A stretch of 64,000 nt of DNA from a virus (IMGVR_UViG_3300022719_000035:2776-66775), one strand, 5' to 3'. Shown: positions 9,042 to 18,868, counted from the stretch's first letter. Notes: a model not told the origin generated them from the sequence alone. Made by a program: numbers and translations.

Positions 9042-12000
9042 TTTCACAACGGTAGTTAAGCCACATCCATTCGCTACTGAGCACGCTATTAAAGAGCATG
9101 CAGTAGGCGCAACGCTAAGCGATGTGTTGCAGCACGCAAAAGTCAAAGTAAACGGCGCTGCTCGTATCTTAGTAACGCTGAATGGTGCCCCAGTGCCGCC
9201 GCACTATTGGCGGCTAGTGCGTCCGAAAGCAGATGCGATTGTAAACGTAGTAGCTGTGCCTGCAGGTAGTGGCGCAAAAGGGCCGCTAGGTTTTCTATTT
9301 ACGATTGCATCGTTTTTTGTGCCGGTAATTGGCCCAGCTATCGGCATCTCTAGCGCAATCGGACTCACGGCACTGCGCATTGGCTTTACGCTCGCTGGCG
9401 CGCTCATCTCAGGCGCATTTAGTAAGCCGAGCACGCCGCGCTTAGGTACAACATCTGAGCAGAAATCCGAGCCAGTCTTTAGTATTACTGGGATTCGCAA
9501 TCAGCTAAACCCCTTTGGCGCAATTCCGCGCCCGTTCGGGCGCATTAAGATATTTCCGCCATTCGCTGCGAAACCTTTTACGCGCATTGTAGGCGGCCAG
9601 CAAATGCTGTTCCTGTTGTTCGATTGCGGTTACGGACCGCAAGCGCTAAGCAATCTGCGCATCGGCCAGACACCGATAACACAGTTCAAGGATTTGAAGT
9701 ATCGGATCCTGCCTGGATGGAGCACGAATGAGAGGCTCGCAATTTACACGCGCGATTTCTTTGAAGAGCAGCTAAGCGTTAAGTTGACTGCAGAATCTGG
9801 CTTTAATACGCGCCGCACGCAACCGGAATCTGTCGGCTGCGTATTAGATTTCATCTACCCGCAAGGCTTAGTTACGTTCGACGAAAAAACAGGCAACAAG
9901 TTAAATACTTCAGTATCGCTTGAAGTTGCGTATAAGAAAGTTGGCACGAGTACATGGCAGTCTGATGGCATCTCAGGCGCGCGCGTAACGACAACTGCGC
10001 AAGTCGATAAGATTACGCAGACAGCTAGCGGTAGTGACTTCAAGGAATGGCGCACAGATCTAGCGCCGCACGGCGGCACGATCAAGATCAACTTGCGGCC
10101 AATCTTTACGCAAACTGGGCGCTTCTATCGTGTGTTTCAACGCGCAGAAGGCGATGCAAACTGGACGCACATCGCAACAACAGGCGCAACGGAAGGGCAG
10201 ACGAATAAGGCAGTAGTAGATGAAAGTGCGCCGTTCTTTGGCGGCGTTCCATTCGGCGGCTTCGGTTCCTTGTTTGGCGGTTTCGGCATTGGCTTCATCG
10301 GATCAGACGGGCGCACAGTAACGTTCAACGCACTGCCAGGAGTGCGCAATGAAATTCGCGTTGAATCTGCAGGCGCAACATGGCAGCCAACATTAGTATC
10401 GAGCTTGTACTTTACTAGTTCAGGCATCTTGACTGTTTCAGCCGCGAGCACTGCATCACTGTTTCGATCCTGGACGATCCAATTTCCTGAAGTTGGCGAG
10501 TATGACGTGCGCGTAAAACGAAACACTGCAGACGCAACGGATGTACGCACGCGCGATGAAGTAAATTGGATCTCGTTCAAAAGCTTTAACAATTCGCCGC
10601 CAATCGACACTGCTTTGCTCGGCAATCATGTGTTTGTCGAGATGTCGATCAAAGCTAGTGAGCAGCTATCAGGGCTTGTAGATACGTTTAGCTGCGTTAC
10701 AGAGTCTTACCATCCAGTGTTCAACGGCAGCACTTGGACAAAGCAGCTAACACGCAACCCAGCATGGGCTTTCGTCGAAGTGCTAACCGGCACCGCAAAT
10801 GGCAATTCATTGCCACTAGATCGCGTGCATACAGAAAGCTTGTTGGAATTTGCTGAATGGTGCGACTCGCGCGGTTACGAATGTAACGGCGTTTTCGATA
10901 CAGCGATAACAGTGCATGAAGCATTGCGCGATATTGCTGCAGTTGGGCGCGGCAACTTACGTCATTTCGACGCAACAACATACGGCGTAAGCATCGATAA
11001 GCCGAACAAGACTGCGCTGCAGATATTTACGCCGCGCAATATATGGAATTTCCAAGGTCAACAACTTTTCATTCAAAAGCCGGATGCCATCAAAGTTCGA
11101 TACGTCGATCAATCGATGGATTATACGCTGCAAGAAGTAGTTGTCTTTGCAGAAGGGCAAAACGCAAAAACTGCAAAGCTATTTGAAACGATGGAGTTAA
11201 TGTTCATGACGCGCCGCGCAGACGCAGTAAAGCGCGCGCGTTTGCTCATGGCTGAGGTTACGCTGCGGCCAGAGTTGTTTTCGTTTGAATGCGATGCAGA
11301 GATCCTGATCGTTGGCGCTGGTGATCGCGCGCTGCTGCAGCACGATTCGATTTCAGTCGGTAGCGGTACCGGGCGCGTAGTAAGCCGAACACTAAACGGC
11401 GCATCAGAAGCGACAGCAGTAGAAGTTGATGAGCCGGTAGTAATGGAAGTTGATAAGCAATATGCAATACGCTTTCGACTGGCAACAGGTACGCATACTT
11501 ACGCGGGTGTTGTAACAGTAGCCGGTGAGCAGACTGAGCTTACTTTCATTACGCCAATTAGCGCGGGTGTTGTTCCACAAGTTGGCGACTTATGGGTATT
11601 CGGCGAAGCGCAGCGCGAAACGCTAGATGTGTTGATCACGAATATTCGTGGCAATGCGGATCTTTCTGCGCAAGTGCGCTGCGTAAATTACTCGCCAAAT
11701 ATCTATAACGCTGAGAATGGCGTAGAGATCCCTGATTACGATCCGCGCATAACGTTGCCGGTTGATGTGCAGACTATACCGCTACCGAAGCCGCGCATTG
11801 CCGGATGGTCTGCAGGCGAAGATGCGCTAATTCTGAACAACAATATTGTAATCGTGCGTTTGCTGGTTAGTTTTCTTGCGCTAGTGAGTTTAGATGCTTC
11901 TGGTAACATTGCGCTGCAAGTGCAGTCTAAACAAGTAGACGAAGACGAAGACGCTTGGATTGATGCGCCAAATTCTACAGTGAGTTTAACTGCCGCTGAT

Positions 12001-13176
12001 GTGCGAACGGTAGAAGAAGGGATTACGTATGACTTTCGCTTCCGCTATGCATCAGCAACAGGGCGCACAAGCGATTGGGCAGTGCTTAGCGGTATACGAA
12101 TCGAAGGCGCTACTGCGCCGCCGCCAGATGTTCCAGCGCTATTCGTCGAAGGTAATAATCTTGTTTGGACGTATCCGGATAGTCCGATCGACTTTGCAGG
12201 TTTTGAGATCCGCACGAACGCAGGCAACAATTCAAATTGGGCTGGCGCAACGAAAGCGCATGCTGGTGTAGTGTCTGCGCCGCCATTCGATATACGCCGC
12301 ACTGGAACCGGACAACGAACAATACTGATTAAGGCGCTTGATCGTGGTGGCCGCTTCTCTGAGCGCGCGGCTTTTGTTGTACGTAATCTTGGCGATGTTG
12401 AAGTTCAAAACATCGAACGCACGATAGACTTTCAAGTCGAATCTTTCTCAGGCGCTACGCTCACTGGCGGTGTCTGGGACTCAGGATCATTCAAAGCAGA
12501 CACAACGGATCTCTTTTATCCGCGCGGCGCTGCGCTGCGCTACTCGGCAGCCGGAGCAAATCTATTCTATGACACGCGCTATGGCGCGATGCAGTACACA
12601 GTTACTTATTCGCCTGCAGCAAACGAGATCCCGACAGCAACATTGCATATTGATGCTACTGTTGTTGCAGAAGAGTTTGTTATCGAATATCTCGCAGTCG
12701 ATCCAATCCTGGTATACGGCGCTGTAGGAACAGATCTGTTCTACGATGGCGGCGGCGCTGCGTTGTTTTACGAGCAGCCTATAGATTTAGCAGGCGCAGC
12801 GTACAAGCAATGGCCAGGAACACTTACGCCAGTCAACGATAAAACGTATCACTTTCGCATAACAACGCGCGCCGGCCATGTGCAAGGTTCAATCGATGCT
12901 TTTCTATTGACTGTAGACTTGCCGGATATCATTGAGCGCTTTAGCGACGTTGCTATTGATGCAGCAGGCACGCGGCTAACGCTTACTAAAACGTACAATG
13001 CGATTGACAGCATTATTCTTACGTTGCAAGGCAGTTCAGGGCTCGGCGGCGTTACTGCGTTTTATGCAGACAAGCAAGCGAACGCAGGCGCGAATGGCGG
13101 GCCGCTGATCAAGGTCGAAGATGATACTGGCACTGGCATCGCAGGCACGCTAGACGTTTTACTCAAGGGGCATTAA
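9028..13176 (+). CDS. Tail tip/host-specificity protein (gpI-gpJ fusion, TipJ)
   Basis: N-terminal ubiquitin-like gpI segment, PRPFGRIKIFPP, NPAW motif, C-terminal FN3-like regions; ATG 9028 more plausible than the track start. Confidence 0.9.
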   Translation: MQQGNFTTVVKPHPFATEHAIKEHAVGATLSDVLQHAKVKVNGAARILVTLNGAPVPPHYWRLVRPKADAIVNVVAVPAGSGAKGPLGFLFTIASFFVPVIGPAIGISSAIGLTALRIGFTLAGALISGAFSKPSTPRLGTTSEQKSEPVFSITGIRNQLNPFGAIPRPFGRIKIFPPFAAKPFTRIVGGQQMLFLLFDCGYGPQALSNLRIGQTPITQFKDLKYRILPGWSTNERLAIYTRDFFEEQLSVKLTAESGFNTRRTQPESVGCVLDFIYPQGLVTFDEKTGNKLNTSVSLEVAYKKVGTSTWQSDGISGARVTTTAQVDKITQTASGSDFKEWRTDLAPHGGTIKINLRPIFTQTGRFYRVFQRAEGDANWTHIATTGATEGQTNKAVVDESAPFFGGVPFGGFGSLFGGFGIGFIGSDGRTVTFNALPGVRNEIRVESAGATWQPTLVSSLYFTSSGILTVSAASTASLFRSWTIQFPEVGEYDVRVKRNTADATDVRTRDEVNWISFKSFNNSPPIDTALLGNHVFVEMSIKASEQLSGLVDTFSCVTESYHPVFNGSTWTKQLTRNPAWAFVEVLTGTANGNSLPLDRVHTESLLEFAEWCDSRGYECNGVFDTAITVHEALRDIAAVGRGNLRHFDATTYGVSIDKPNKTALQIFTPRNIWNFQGQQLFIQKPDAIKVRYVDQSMDYTLQEVVVFAEGQNAKTAKLFETMELMFMTRRADAVKRARLLMAEVTLRPELFSFECDAEILIVGAGDRALLQHDSISVGSGTGRVVSRTLNGASEATAVEVDEPVVMEVDKQYAIRFRLATGTHTYAGVVTVAGEQTELTFITPISAGVVPQVGDLWVFGEAQRETLDVLITNIRGNADLSAQVRCVNYSPNIYNAENGVEIPDYDPRITLPVDVQTIPLPKPRIAGWSAGEDALILNNNIVIVRLLVSFLALVSLDASGNIALQVQSKQVDEDEDAWIDAPNSTVSLTAADVRTVEEGITYDFRFRYASATGRTSDWAVLSGIRIEGATAPPPDVPALFVEGNNLVWTYPDSPIDFAGFEIRTNAGNNSNWAGATKAHAGVVSAPPFDIRRTGTGQRTILIKALDRGGRFSERAAFVVRNLGDVEVQNIERTIDFQVESFSGATLTGGVWDSGSFKADTTDLFYPRGAALRYSAAGANLFYDTRYGAMQYTVTYSPAANEIPTATLHIDATVVAEEFVIEYLAVDPILVYGAVGTDLFYDGGGAALFYEQPIDLAGAAYKQWPGTLTPVNDKTYHFRITTRAGHVQGSIDAFLLTVDLPDIIERFSDVAIDAAGTRLTLTKTYNAIDSIILTLQGSSGLGGVTAFYADKQANAGANGGPLIKVEDDTGTGIAGTLDVLLKGH

Positions 13177-13188
13177 GGAGCAAATACT

Positions 13189-14178
13189 ATGGCTTTGCCG
13201 AATTCTAATGTACTCGGTAATCAGGCATCAGTTGATAACGATACGTTTGCAACTGAGATTGAAAATTTCTTGGATGCTGTTAAAGAGCTTACCGGCACCG
13301 GCGCAGGCACTGCGCTATCGTGTGTGTCGAATGACGTAACGCCGCCGACTGCGCATCGTGGTTTTCTTACTGTTGATTCAGAAGATGCAAACGACGACGA
13401 CTTGGACCATATCATTCCGACTAACGTAACTGCAGGCACAATATTCGTTATAAAAGCGGCAAACTCTGGCAGAACAATCACTGTTAAGCATGGAATTGGC
13501 GGTAGCGGTGAATTTCAGTTGGATAACGGTGCAGACTTTGCGCTAGACAACACAGATAAAATGATTTGCGTTCGTTTAGATGGATCGCAATTCGTTGAGC
13601 TTTGGCGTAAGTATGGCGTCGATCGCGCAGGCGCACTTGCGCATGTTGGTGGCGTTGGCGTTGCATCGTTGGATAGCGTTTGGATCCCAGTTGATGCTAT
13701 GTACCCTGCAGTCACTGCAGGAGCAGCAGCGCCTGCTTCGGCTGAAATTGCATCGAATCAGCCTGTTATTCGTCATATGGAATTTAGTAACGCTTCAGAT
13801 GAACACGCACAGTTTACGATTGAATTTCCGAAACGCTGGAATGCAGGCACAGTAACGTTTCAGCCAGTTTGGACAGGACTTGTATCAGGCACTGGGGAAG
13901 TTTCATGGGCAATGAAAGCCGTTGCACGTTCAGATGGTCAATCGATTGGCACTAGTTACGGCACTGCTGTATCAGTTGAAGATAACTTCATTAGTGTTAA
14001 TGATGTGCATAAGGCTCCAGTATCTGCTGCGCTTACTATTTCAGGCGCAGCGAAACAAAAGCCAGTGTTCTTTGATCTATTTCGCAACGTTGCCGGTGAA
14101 ACAAGCGGCCGCGCTGCGCCTGCTAACTTGCTCGGCGTGATGGTGTTCTTTAACACAGACGCTGGTACGGATGCATAA
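13189..14178 (+). CDS. Tail fibre/baseplate-associated protein
   Basis: AAGGAG RBS; follows TipJ; beta-sandwich-like C-terminal domain (AQFTIEFPKRWNAG). Confidence 0.6.
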   Translation: MALPNSNVLGNQASVDNDTFATEIENFLDAVKELTGTGAGTALSCVSNDVTPPTAHRGFLTVDSEDANDDDLDHIIPTNVTAGTIFVIKAANSGRTITVKHGIGGSGEFQLDNGADFALDNTDKMICVRLDGSQFVELWRKYGVDRAGALAHVGGVGVASLDSVWIPVDAMYPAVTAGAAAPASAEIASNQPVIRHMEFSNASDEHAQFTIEFPKRWNAGTVTFQPVWTGLVSGTGEVSWAMKAVARSDGQSIGTSYGTAVSVEDNFISVNDVHKAPVSAALTISGAAKQKPVFFDLFRNVAGETSGRAAPANLLGVMVFFNTDAGTDA

Positions 14179-14180
14179 CG

Positions 14181-15272
14181 ATGGGCACGGGCAAATTCGG
14201 ACATATACAACACGGCTTCGGCGCGCGGTTTCGTCCGCAATCGATTGTGCCTGCAGGCTTGATATTGCCTACGCTGAATTTCGATGGCGCTACGATGCCG
14301 GCCGGGTGGTCTGAGTATTCGCCATCTCCTGGTAGAGCGATTATGGGCGCAGGCGGCGCGCATAGCGCAGGCGTAAAAGGCGGCGCAAACGATCAAGATA
14401 TTACTGTAACGCTCGCTTCTGCTGGCGCGCATGGTGCTGCTGATGTTGAATTTCAACTTGGCACGCCAGCAGCAGGCAGTGCGTTTTATTTTGATGACGC
14501 AGTAAGCGGCGCTCACTCACATACAGCAATTGTTTCAGTGAACACAGTGCCACCATGGAAAGGCTACACACTGATTCAATTAGACAACACAGCAGCGCTA
14601 GTGCCAGAAAATGTTTTCATCATGTCTGTGACTGATTTAAGTGCTACGTTATCTGCTGTAGAAACAGGCTTAGATAAGCTTTTACGCCATTCTACACCGG
14701 GCATTACTGGCGGCTCTAACACTTCATCGGGCACAGCTACTTCATCTACAAACGGCTTACACTCGCATGGTTCAATGGAGTTTGCTTCTACTACAGATCG
14801 TGTTCTGGGACTACAGCAATTCAACAGCCATACGCATTCAATTACAATTTCAGGAACGCTTAATTTAAAGCGACGTTGGGTATCGCTATGGGCATCGTTA
14901 TCCGGAGGGTTTGAATTACCAATTGGTGCGATGGGTTTGTGGCCTACTTTAGCGCCACCATTAGGATGGGCATTATGTGATGGGACTAACGGTACTCCTG
15001 ACATGCGTGATTTTGTAATACAAGTAGGCGATAGCGGCAATCACGGCAATAGCGCTGGCGATAATTCAGTTACCTATACAGGCAGCACGCCCAGCGAAGG
15101 CGGCCATCAACATCCAGATGCAGGGCTCGGCGATCAAAATAAAATTTCTACTAGTGTTTATCACATTGATACTGTTGACGGCGCGCATGTACATTCAGTA
15201 AGCAAAGTAGAGCCTGATGTTATTCCACGGTACATTGCATTAGCTGTTATTCAATTTCAAGGGTTCGGTTAA
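14181..15272 (+). CDS. Tail fibre with collar-like domains and HxH motifs
   Basis: PIGAMGLW...PPLGWALCDGTNGTPDMRD collar signature; HSH/HQH/HVH motifs. Confidence 0.75.
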   Translation: MGTGKFGHIQHGFGARFRPQSIVPAGLILPTLNFDGATMPAGWSEYSPSPGRAIMGAGGAHSAGVKGGANDQDITVTLASAGAHGAADVEFQLGTPAAGSAFYFDDAVSGAHSHTAIVSVNTVPPWKGYTLIQLDNTAALVPENVFIMSVTDLSATLSAVETGLDKLLRHSTPGITGGSNTSSGTATSSTNGLHSHGSMEFASTTDRVLGLQQFNSHTHSITISGTLNLKRRWVSLWASLSGGFELPIGAMGLWPTLAPPLGWALCDGTNGTPDMRDFVIQVGDSGNHGNSAGDNSVTYTGSTPSEGGHQHPDAGLGDQNKISTSVYHIDTVDGAHVHSVSKVEPDVIPRYIALAVIQFQGFG

Positions 15273-15607
15273 TGGATAAATCAGATTACGATCGTTGTGC
15301 AGAAATGCGTGGAAAGTATTCGCGCTTTGCTGCAGGAACATCAGCAGCGCATGAAGTACCGGGCACAGAACAATGTTCTCTTTGTCATCGTTATTTGCCT
15401 GCTAATCCAATGCGCGGCCCTTGTGATGGGTGTCCAGTGCAAGTAATAACTGGTAAAAGCCTTTGTAGAAACACGCCATTATTAAAAGCAATATCAATAT
15501 ACGCAAAAAAAGGAAAAGCTTCGAATGAATTTAAAGCAGCATGCATTGACGTAGTAACTTTTATTGAGTCTGTGCAAGATGTAATAGCAGCCCTTCCAGA
15601 TGAATAG
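15272..15607 (+). CDS. Cys-rich hypothetical protein
   Basis: CSLC...CDGCP...C pattern; translationally coupled to the fibre gene. Confidence 0.55.
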   Translation: MDKSDYDRCAEMRGKYSRFAAGTSAAHEVPGTEQCSLCHRYLPANPMRGPCDGCPVQVITGKSLCRNTPLLKAISIYAKKGKASNEFKAACIDVVTFIESVQDVIAALPDE

Positions 15608-15616
15608 GAGGCCCCG

Positions 15617-15988
15617 ATGCCAAAACAAGTTCATGTAGAAAGTGCAATCGCAGACGCTGATGGTAAGCAAGTTGTTGATGCCGGTATTTTTCGATTGCAA
15701 GTTGATAGCGTGCAAATCATGCCCGGCCGGCGTGAGGTGCATATCGTTGTAAACCGGATCAACACAGCTAATTTTGAGGTGATCCCGATCGTCTTTCTTG
15801 TGCCTACTGCTGTGTATGATACGTTGCAGGCAGCCGATATGTCAGGCGCTGGAACATTGCATGATGCGTTACAAGCGTTGCTTTGGTCTTACTTAGAAAC
15901 AAATCATAAACGGCATCTTGTATTCGGGCGCCCGGACAATTGGCTAGGCGCAGACGAAGTAGTTACGCTTGAATGGATCGATGTGTAA
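15617..15988 (+). CDS. Hypothetical protein (possibly virion/fibre associated)
   Basis: AGGAGG RBS, 123 aa, no family recognised. Confidence 0.6.
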   Translation: MPKQVHVESAIADADGKQVVDAGIFRLQVDSVQIMPGRREVHIVVNRINTANFEVIPIVFLVPTAVYDTLQAADMSGAGTLHDALQALLWSYLETNHKRHLVFGRPDNWLGADEVVTLEWIDV

Positions 15989-15993
15989 CGATT

Positions 15994-16479
15994 ATGTCCG
16001 ATAGCTTATTCATGCGATTAGGCGGCGTTTTCTCTCATTATGTGCGCGGTTGTATTAAACCTAATGCGTTAGGCGTGCCAATGCGACAATATACCGATAC
16101 GGCTTTTACTGGCGCGCAGCACGAGTGCGCTTGTGTTGGCGCGTTAACGCTGATTGAAAACTTACCATTCATTGCTTTCGTATTCAGCGTTGACGGCGAG
16201 CTTGTAGTAGTAAGCAAAGGCTACTTAGAGCGTTGGCCAATTCCGAAAGGCAAAAGCTATACGCACTTATGGCCAAAAGAATGCGTTGAAGCTTGGACAC
16301 GTAACAATGAGTTAGTTATGCGCCGCAAGTGTCGGATGCACTTTCGCGAGCTAATGCCGCAGCGCTGCGGCGTTCCGATTAGCGACACGAATAAACTGCA
16401 TAATTTTTTCGTGGAGAAAGGTCCAGTGTTTGCAGCAGGAACCGAAAACGTGATCGGTATTTACGGCATAGCTACGTAA
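15994..16479 (+). CDS. Stand-alone PAS-fold (PAS_4-like) protein
   Basis: LIENLPFIAFVFSVDG...GKSYTHLWPKECVEAW...FFVEKGPV...NVIGIYGIAT follows the PAS_4 pattern; start 15973 or 15994. Confidence 0.65.
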   Translation: MSDSLFMRLGGVFSHYVRGCIKPNALGVPMRQYTDTAFTGAQHECACVGALTLIENLPFIAFVFSVDGELVVVSKGYLERWPIPKGKSYTHLWPKECVEAWTRNNELVMRRKCRMHFRELMPQRCGVPISDTNKLHNFFVEKGPVFAAGTENVIGIYGIAT

Positions 16480-16697
16480 TGCTTGATTTCATTTGCGCAC
16501 ATCCAACTGCAGCAGGGGTCTCTATAATAGCTTTGCTGATTGCCTTTCTTGCTGCATTCGGTGCAGTTGTCTCTTTAGTTATTATTGTTATACGAATAGA
16601 AGAGGAACTCCAATTAACTGTTACGGCGTTACTGCGACAACGCGCAACGGACATTGCCGTTAAATCTCATGAGTATGATTTGGAGCTTTACCCATGA
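16479..16697 (+). CDS. Single-TM membrane protein (holin/antiholin candidate)
   Basis: Hydrophobic AAGVSIIALLIAFLAAFGAVVSLVIIVI; coupled to the PAS gene; upstream of endolysin. Confidence 0.5.
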   Translation: MLDFICAHPTAAGVSIIALLIAFLAAFGAVVSLVIIVIRIEEELQLTVTALLRQRATDIAVKSHEYDLELYP

Positions 16698-17149
16698 CTA
16701 ACGGCTCGTATGACAAGACAACGTACCGTCGTGCTGCTGATAAGCGGCGCCCGTGGTGGATTGCAACAATAGGATCTCTGATCGCTGCTGCATGGGTGCC
16801 GCTACTAGCCGGTTTCTGGAATTATGCGCAAATGTCAGAATCACTAGAGAACACGAAAGAAGCGTTGATTAAGTTAGACTCCAATCATGCGCGTGATGTA
16901 AAGGAACTAAAGTCAATGACTACGCGCCAATGGGAAAGGATCTCACCATTGAACACGCGCGTAGTTGAAGTAGTGCACAAGCAAGCAGAGCTTGAGCGCA
17001 GAATGGATGACTCAGTGCGCCGTATTGAAAACAGCATCACTAGTTTAGATAACAAAGTAGATGCACTGCTATTGCGTAATGCGCGTGATACGCGCGGTTC
17101 GCGTGATGCAGCCGAGCATCGATCGAATGTTCCAGTACCTGAAAGGTAA
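16694..17149 (+). CDS. TM plus coiled-coil protein (holin-like)
   Basis: Basic N-terminus, TM WWIATIGSLIAAAWVPLLAGFW, heptad-rich C-terminus; directly before endolysin. Confidence 0.5.
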   Translation: MTNGSYDKTTYRRAADKRRPWWIATIGSLIAAAWVPLLAGFWNYAQMSESLENTKEALIKLDSNHARDVKELKSMTTRQWERISPLNTRVVEVVHKQAELERRMDDSVRRIENSITSLDNKVDALLLRNARDTRGSRDAAEHRSNVPVPER

Positions 17150-17647
17150 GTGTACATGCCAAACAAGTTCAGATGGTCACAGCAATCATTAGCTATTCGC
17201 GCACAGTTGCATCCGTTTCTTGTATTGTTCTGTGATGAGATTCTGACTGTTCATGATATTGCCTTGATCACTGGCTGGCGCTCAGAAGAAGAGCAGCGCG
17301 AGAAATTCGATGCTGGGTTAAGTCAAGTGCTCGAAAGCAAGCACAACACACGCAATCCGCGTACAAGAAAACCTGAAGCACTAGCAGTCGATTTCATTCC
17401 ATATGTTGCACATCTTGGGCGCATTACAGGCGCGCCGCCGAACGCAGCGCGTGATCTGAAATACTTTTATCGTCTTGCAGGTGTAGGCTTAGCCATTTCA
17501 GAAGCTTTAAACCTTATTGGTGTAACAATACGCTGGGGCGGCGACTGGGATAACGATTTTAATATGGATGATCAAACGTTCAACGATCTATATCACTGGG
17601 AGCTTGTCTTTCATGGCGCTTCTTTCGGATGGAGAACAGACGAATGA
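17150..17647 (+). CDS. Endolysin, peptidase M15 (L-Ala-D-Glu) type
   Basis: GWRSEEEQ, SKH...AVD and IRWGGDW...DLYHWEL motifs, as in T5-type endolysins. Confidence 0.85.
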   Translation: MYMPNKFRWSQQSLAIRAQLHPFLVLFCDEILTVHDIALITGWRSEEEQREKFDAGLSQVLESKHNTRNPRTRKPEALAVDFIPYVAHLGRITGAPPNAARDLKYFYRLAGVGLAISEALNLIGVTIRWGGDWDNDFNMDDQTFNDLYHWELVFHGASFGWRTDE

Positions 17648-17913
17648 GATTACTAATTGCAGTGTTAGTTATTGTGCTATCTGGCTGCGGTCAAACCGGC
17701 TACGGCAACATGATTCGCAGTGAAATTAGTACACGCGGAGCAGCAATTTCCGATGAAGGTATCACCAATGCAGTTTGGTTTTTCTGCAGTGCTGCTTCAG
17801 TCGGATCCGTGCGGCGTTACATAGGCGACGATGCAGAGAAAGCACGCGCTTATGATCTGTTGTGTGAAGAAGCCGAAATGGGCATTGGTGAAGTTCTACA
17901 AGGAGATGAGTGA
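17644..17913 (+). CDS. Lipoprotein (o-spanin candidate)
   Basis: MRLLIAVLVIVLSGC signal with LSG-C lipobox; immediately after endolysin. Confidence 0.6.
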   Translation: MRLLIAVLVIVLSGCGQTGYGNMIRSEISTRGAAISDEGITNAVWFFCSAASVGSVRRYIGDDAEKARAYDLLCEEAEMGIGEVLQGDE

Positions 17914-17915
17914 TC

Positions 17916-18194
17916 ATGAAACAATTCACTGTTACGTTTTTTTCAGTTGTGTTTGCAACGCTAGTTATTGTGCGTATGCCTTCAACTGCTGATGAAGTTG
18001 TACTTACCGGACAATACTCTGATGACGCAGTGCGCGCAGGCATGAAAGATGCGCAACGTTGGCTTTCTTCAGACGATCCGGATGCGCATTTCATTATCCC
18101 TATTTACGATAACCCTGCTGCGCAACTTGCGCGACAAGCCGAAGAGGTTGCAGCGAAAGCGCGCGCAGAAGAAACCGCACCAGTAAGCCCATGA
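17916..18194 (+). CDS. N-terminally anchored/secreted protein (spanin partner candidate)
   Basis: Hydrophobic FTVTFFSVVFATLVIV; GGAG at 17902. Confidence 0.4.
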   Translation: MKQFTVTFFSVVFATLVIVRMPSTADEVVLTGQYSDDAVRAGMKDAQRWLSSDDPDAHFIIPIYDNPAAQLARQAEEVAAKARAEETAPVSP

Positions 18195-18210
18195 TCTGGA
18201 GGCGCCTGCA

Positions 18211-18843
18211 ATGACACCAGAATACCGACAACAACGACAGTACATACAGACAGGCGACGTTGTGCTGTTTTCAGGTAAAGGCGCATTCAGCGAGATCATC
18301 AAGCGCTTTACGTTTAGCAATTGGTCGCATGTTGGCGTAGCCGTAAAGCTTGCAGAATTTGGCGATACGCTATGCTTGCTTGAGAGCACAACGCTATCAA
18401 CGCTTGAAGACATTCAATCTGGCGAGTTTCTGCGCGGCGTGCAAATCGTGCGGCTATCTGATCGCGTTGCTACGTACAAAGGCAGCATTGCGTACCGCGC
18501 AGTGTATTCTGCGAAGCAATCGCCGACTGAGATACACGAGAAAACTTCGCAGTTCTATCATCAATATCACGGTACGCCGTATGAAGAAGATCAGTTAGAG
18601 TTAATACAGTCGGCGCTTGATGGTCCATTCGGCTTAGCCGGTAACGAAAAAGATCTATCAACGATCTTCTGCAGCGAGCTTGTAGCGCAGTTATGGCAGG
18701 ATCTTGGCTGGCTAGCTACTGCAACGCCATCGAATGAGTTCACGCCGCACAACTTCGCTGGTGAAGGCTCAGATCGTGTTGAGAACTATCTGCTAGGCAG
18801 CATTGCTATTTCAGAGATCCGCTATTTGCGCGTATCGGAATAA
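18211..18843 (+). CDS. Permuted papain-like NlpC/P60 (YiiX/YebB-like) enzyme
   Basis: QTGDVVLFSG...WSHVG His motif precedes the FCSELVA Cys motif. Confidence 0.85.
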   Translation: MTPEYRQQRQYIQTGDVVLFSGKGAFSEIIKRFTFSNWSHVGVAVKLAEFGDTLCLLESTTLSTLEDIQSGEFLRGVQIVRLSDRVATYKGSIAYRAVYSAKQSPTEIHEKTSQFYHQYHGTPYEEDQLELIQSALDGPFGLAGNEKDLSTIFCSELVAQLWQDLGWLATATPSNEFTPHNFAGEGSDRVENYLLGSIAISEIRYLRVSE

Positions 18844-18868
18844 GCTTACGCACGCAGTATGTTTACAA

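Noticed and set aside
16715-16750. RRAADKRR as a c-di-GMP-binding motif linking PAS sensing to the holin
   Set aside because: A basic cytoplasmic N-terminus is adequately explained by the positive-inside rule; no second motif supports it.
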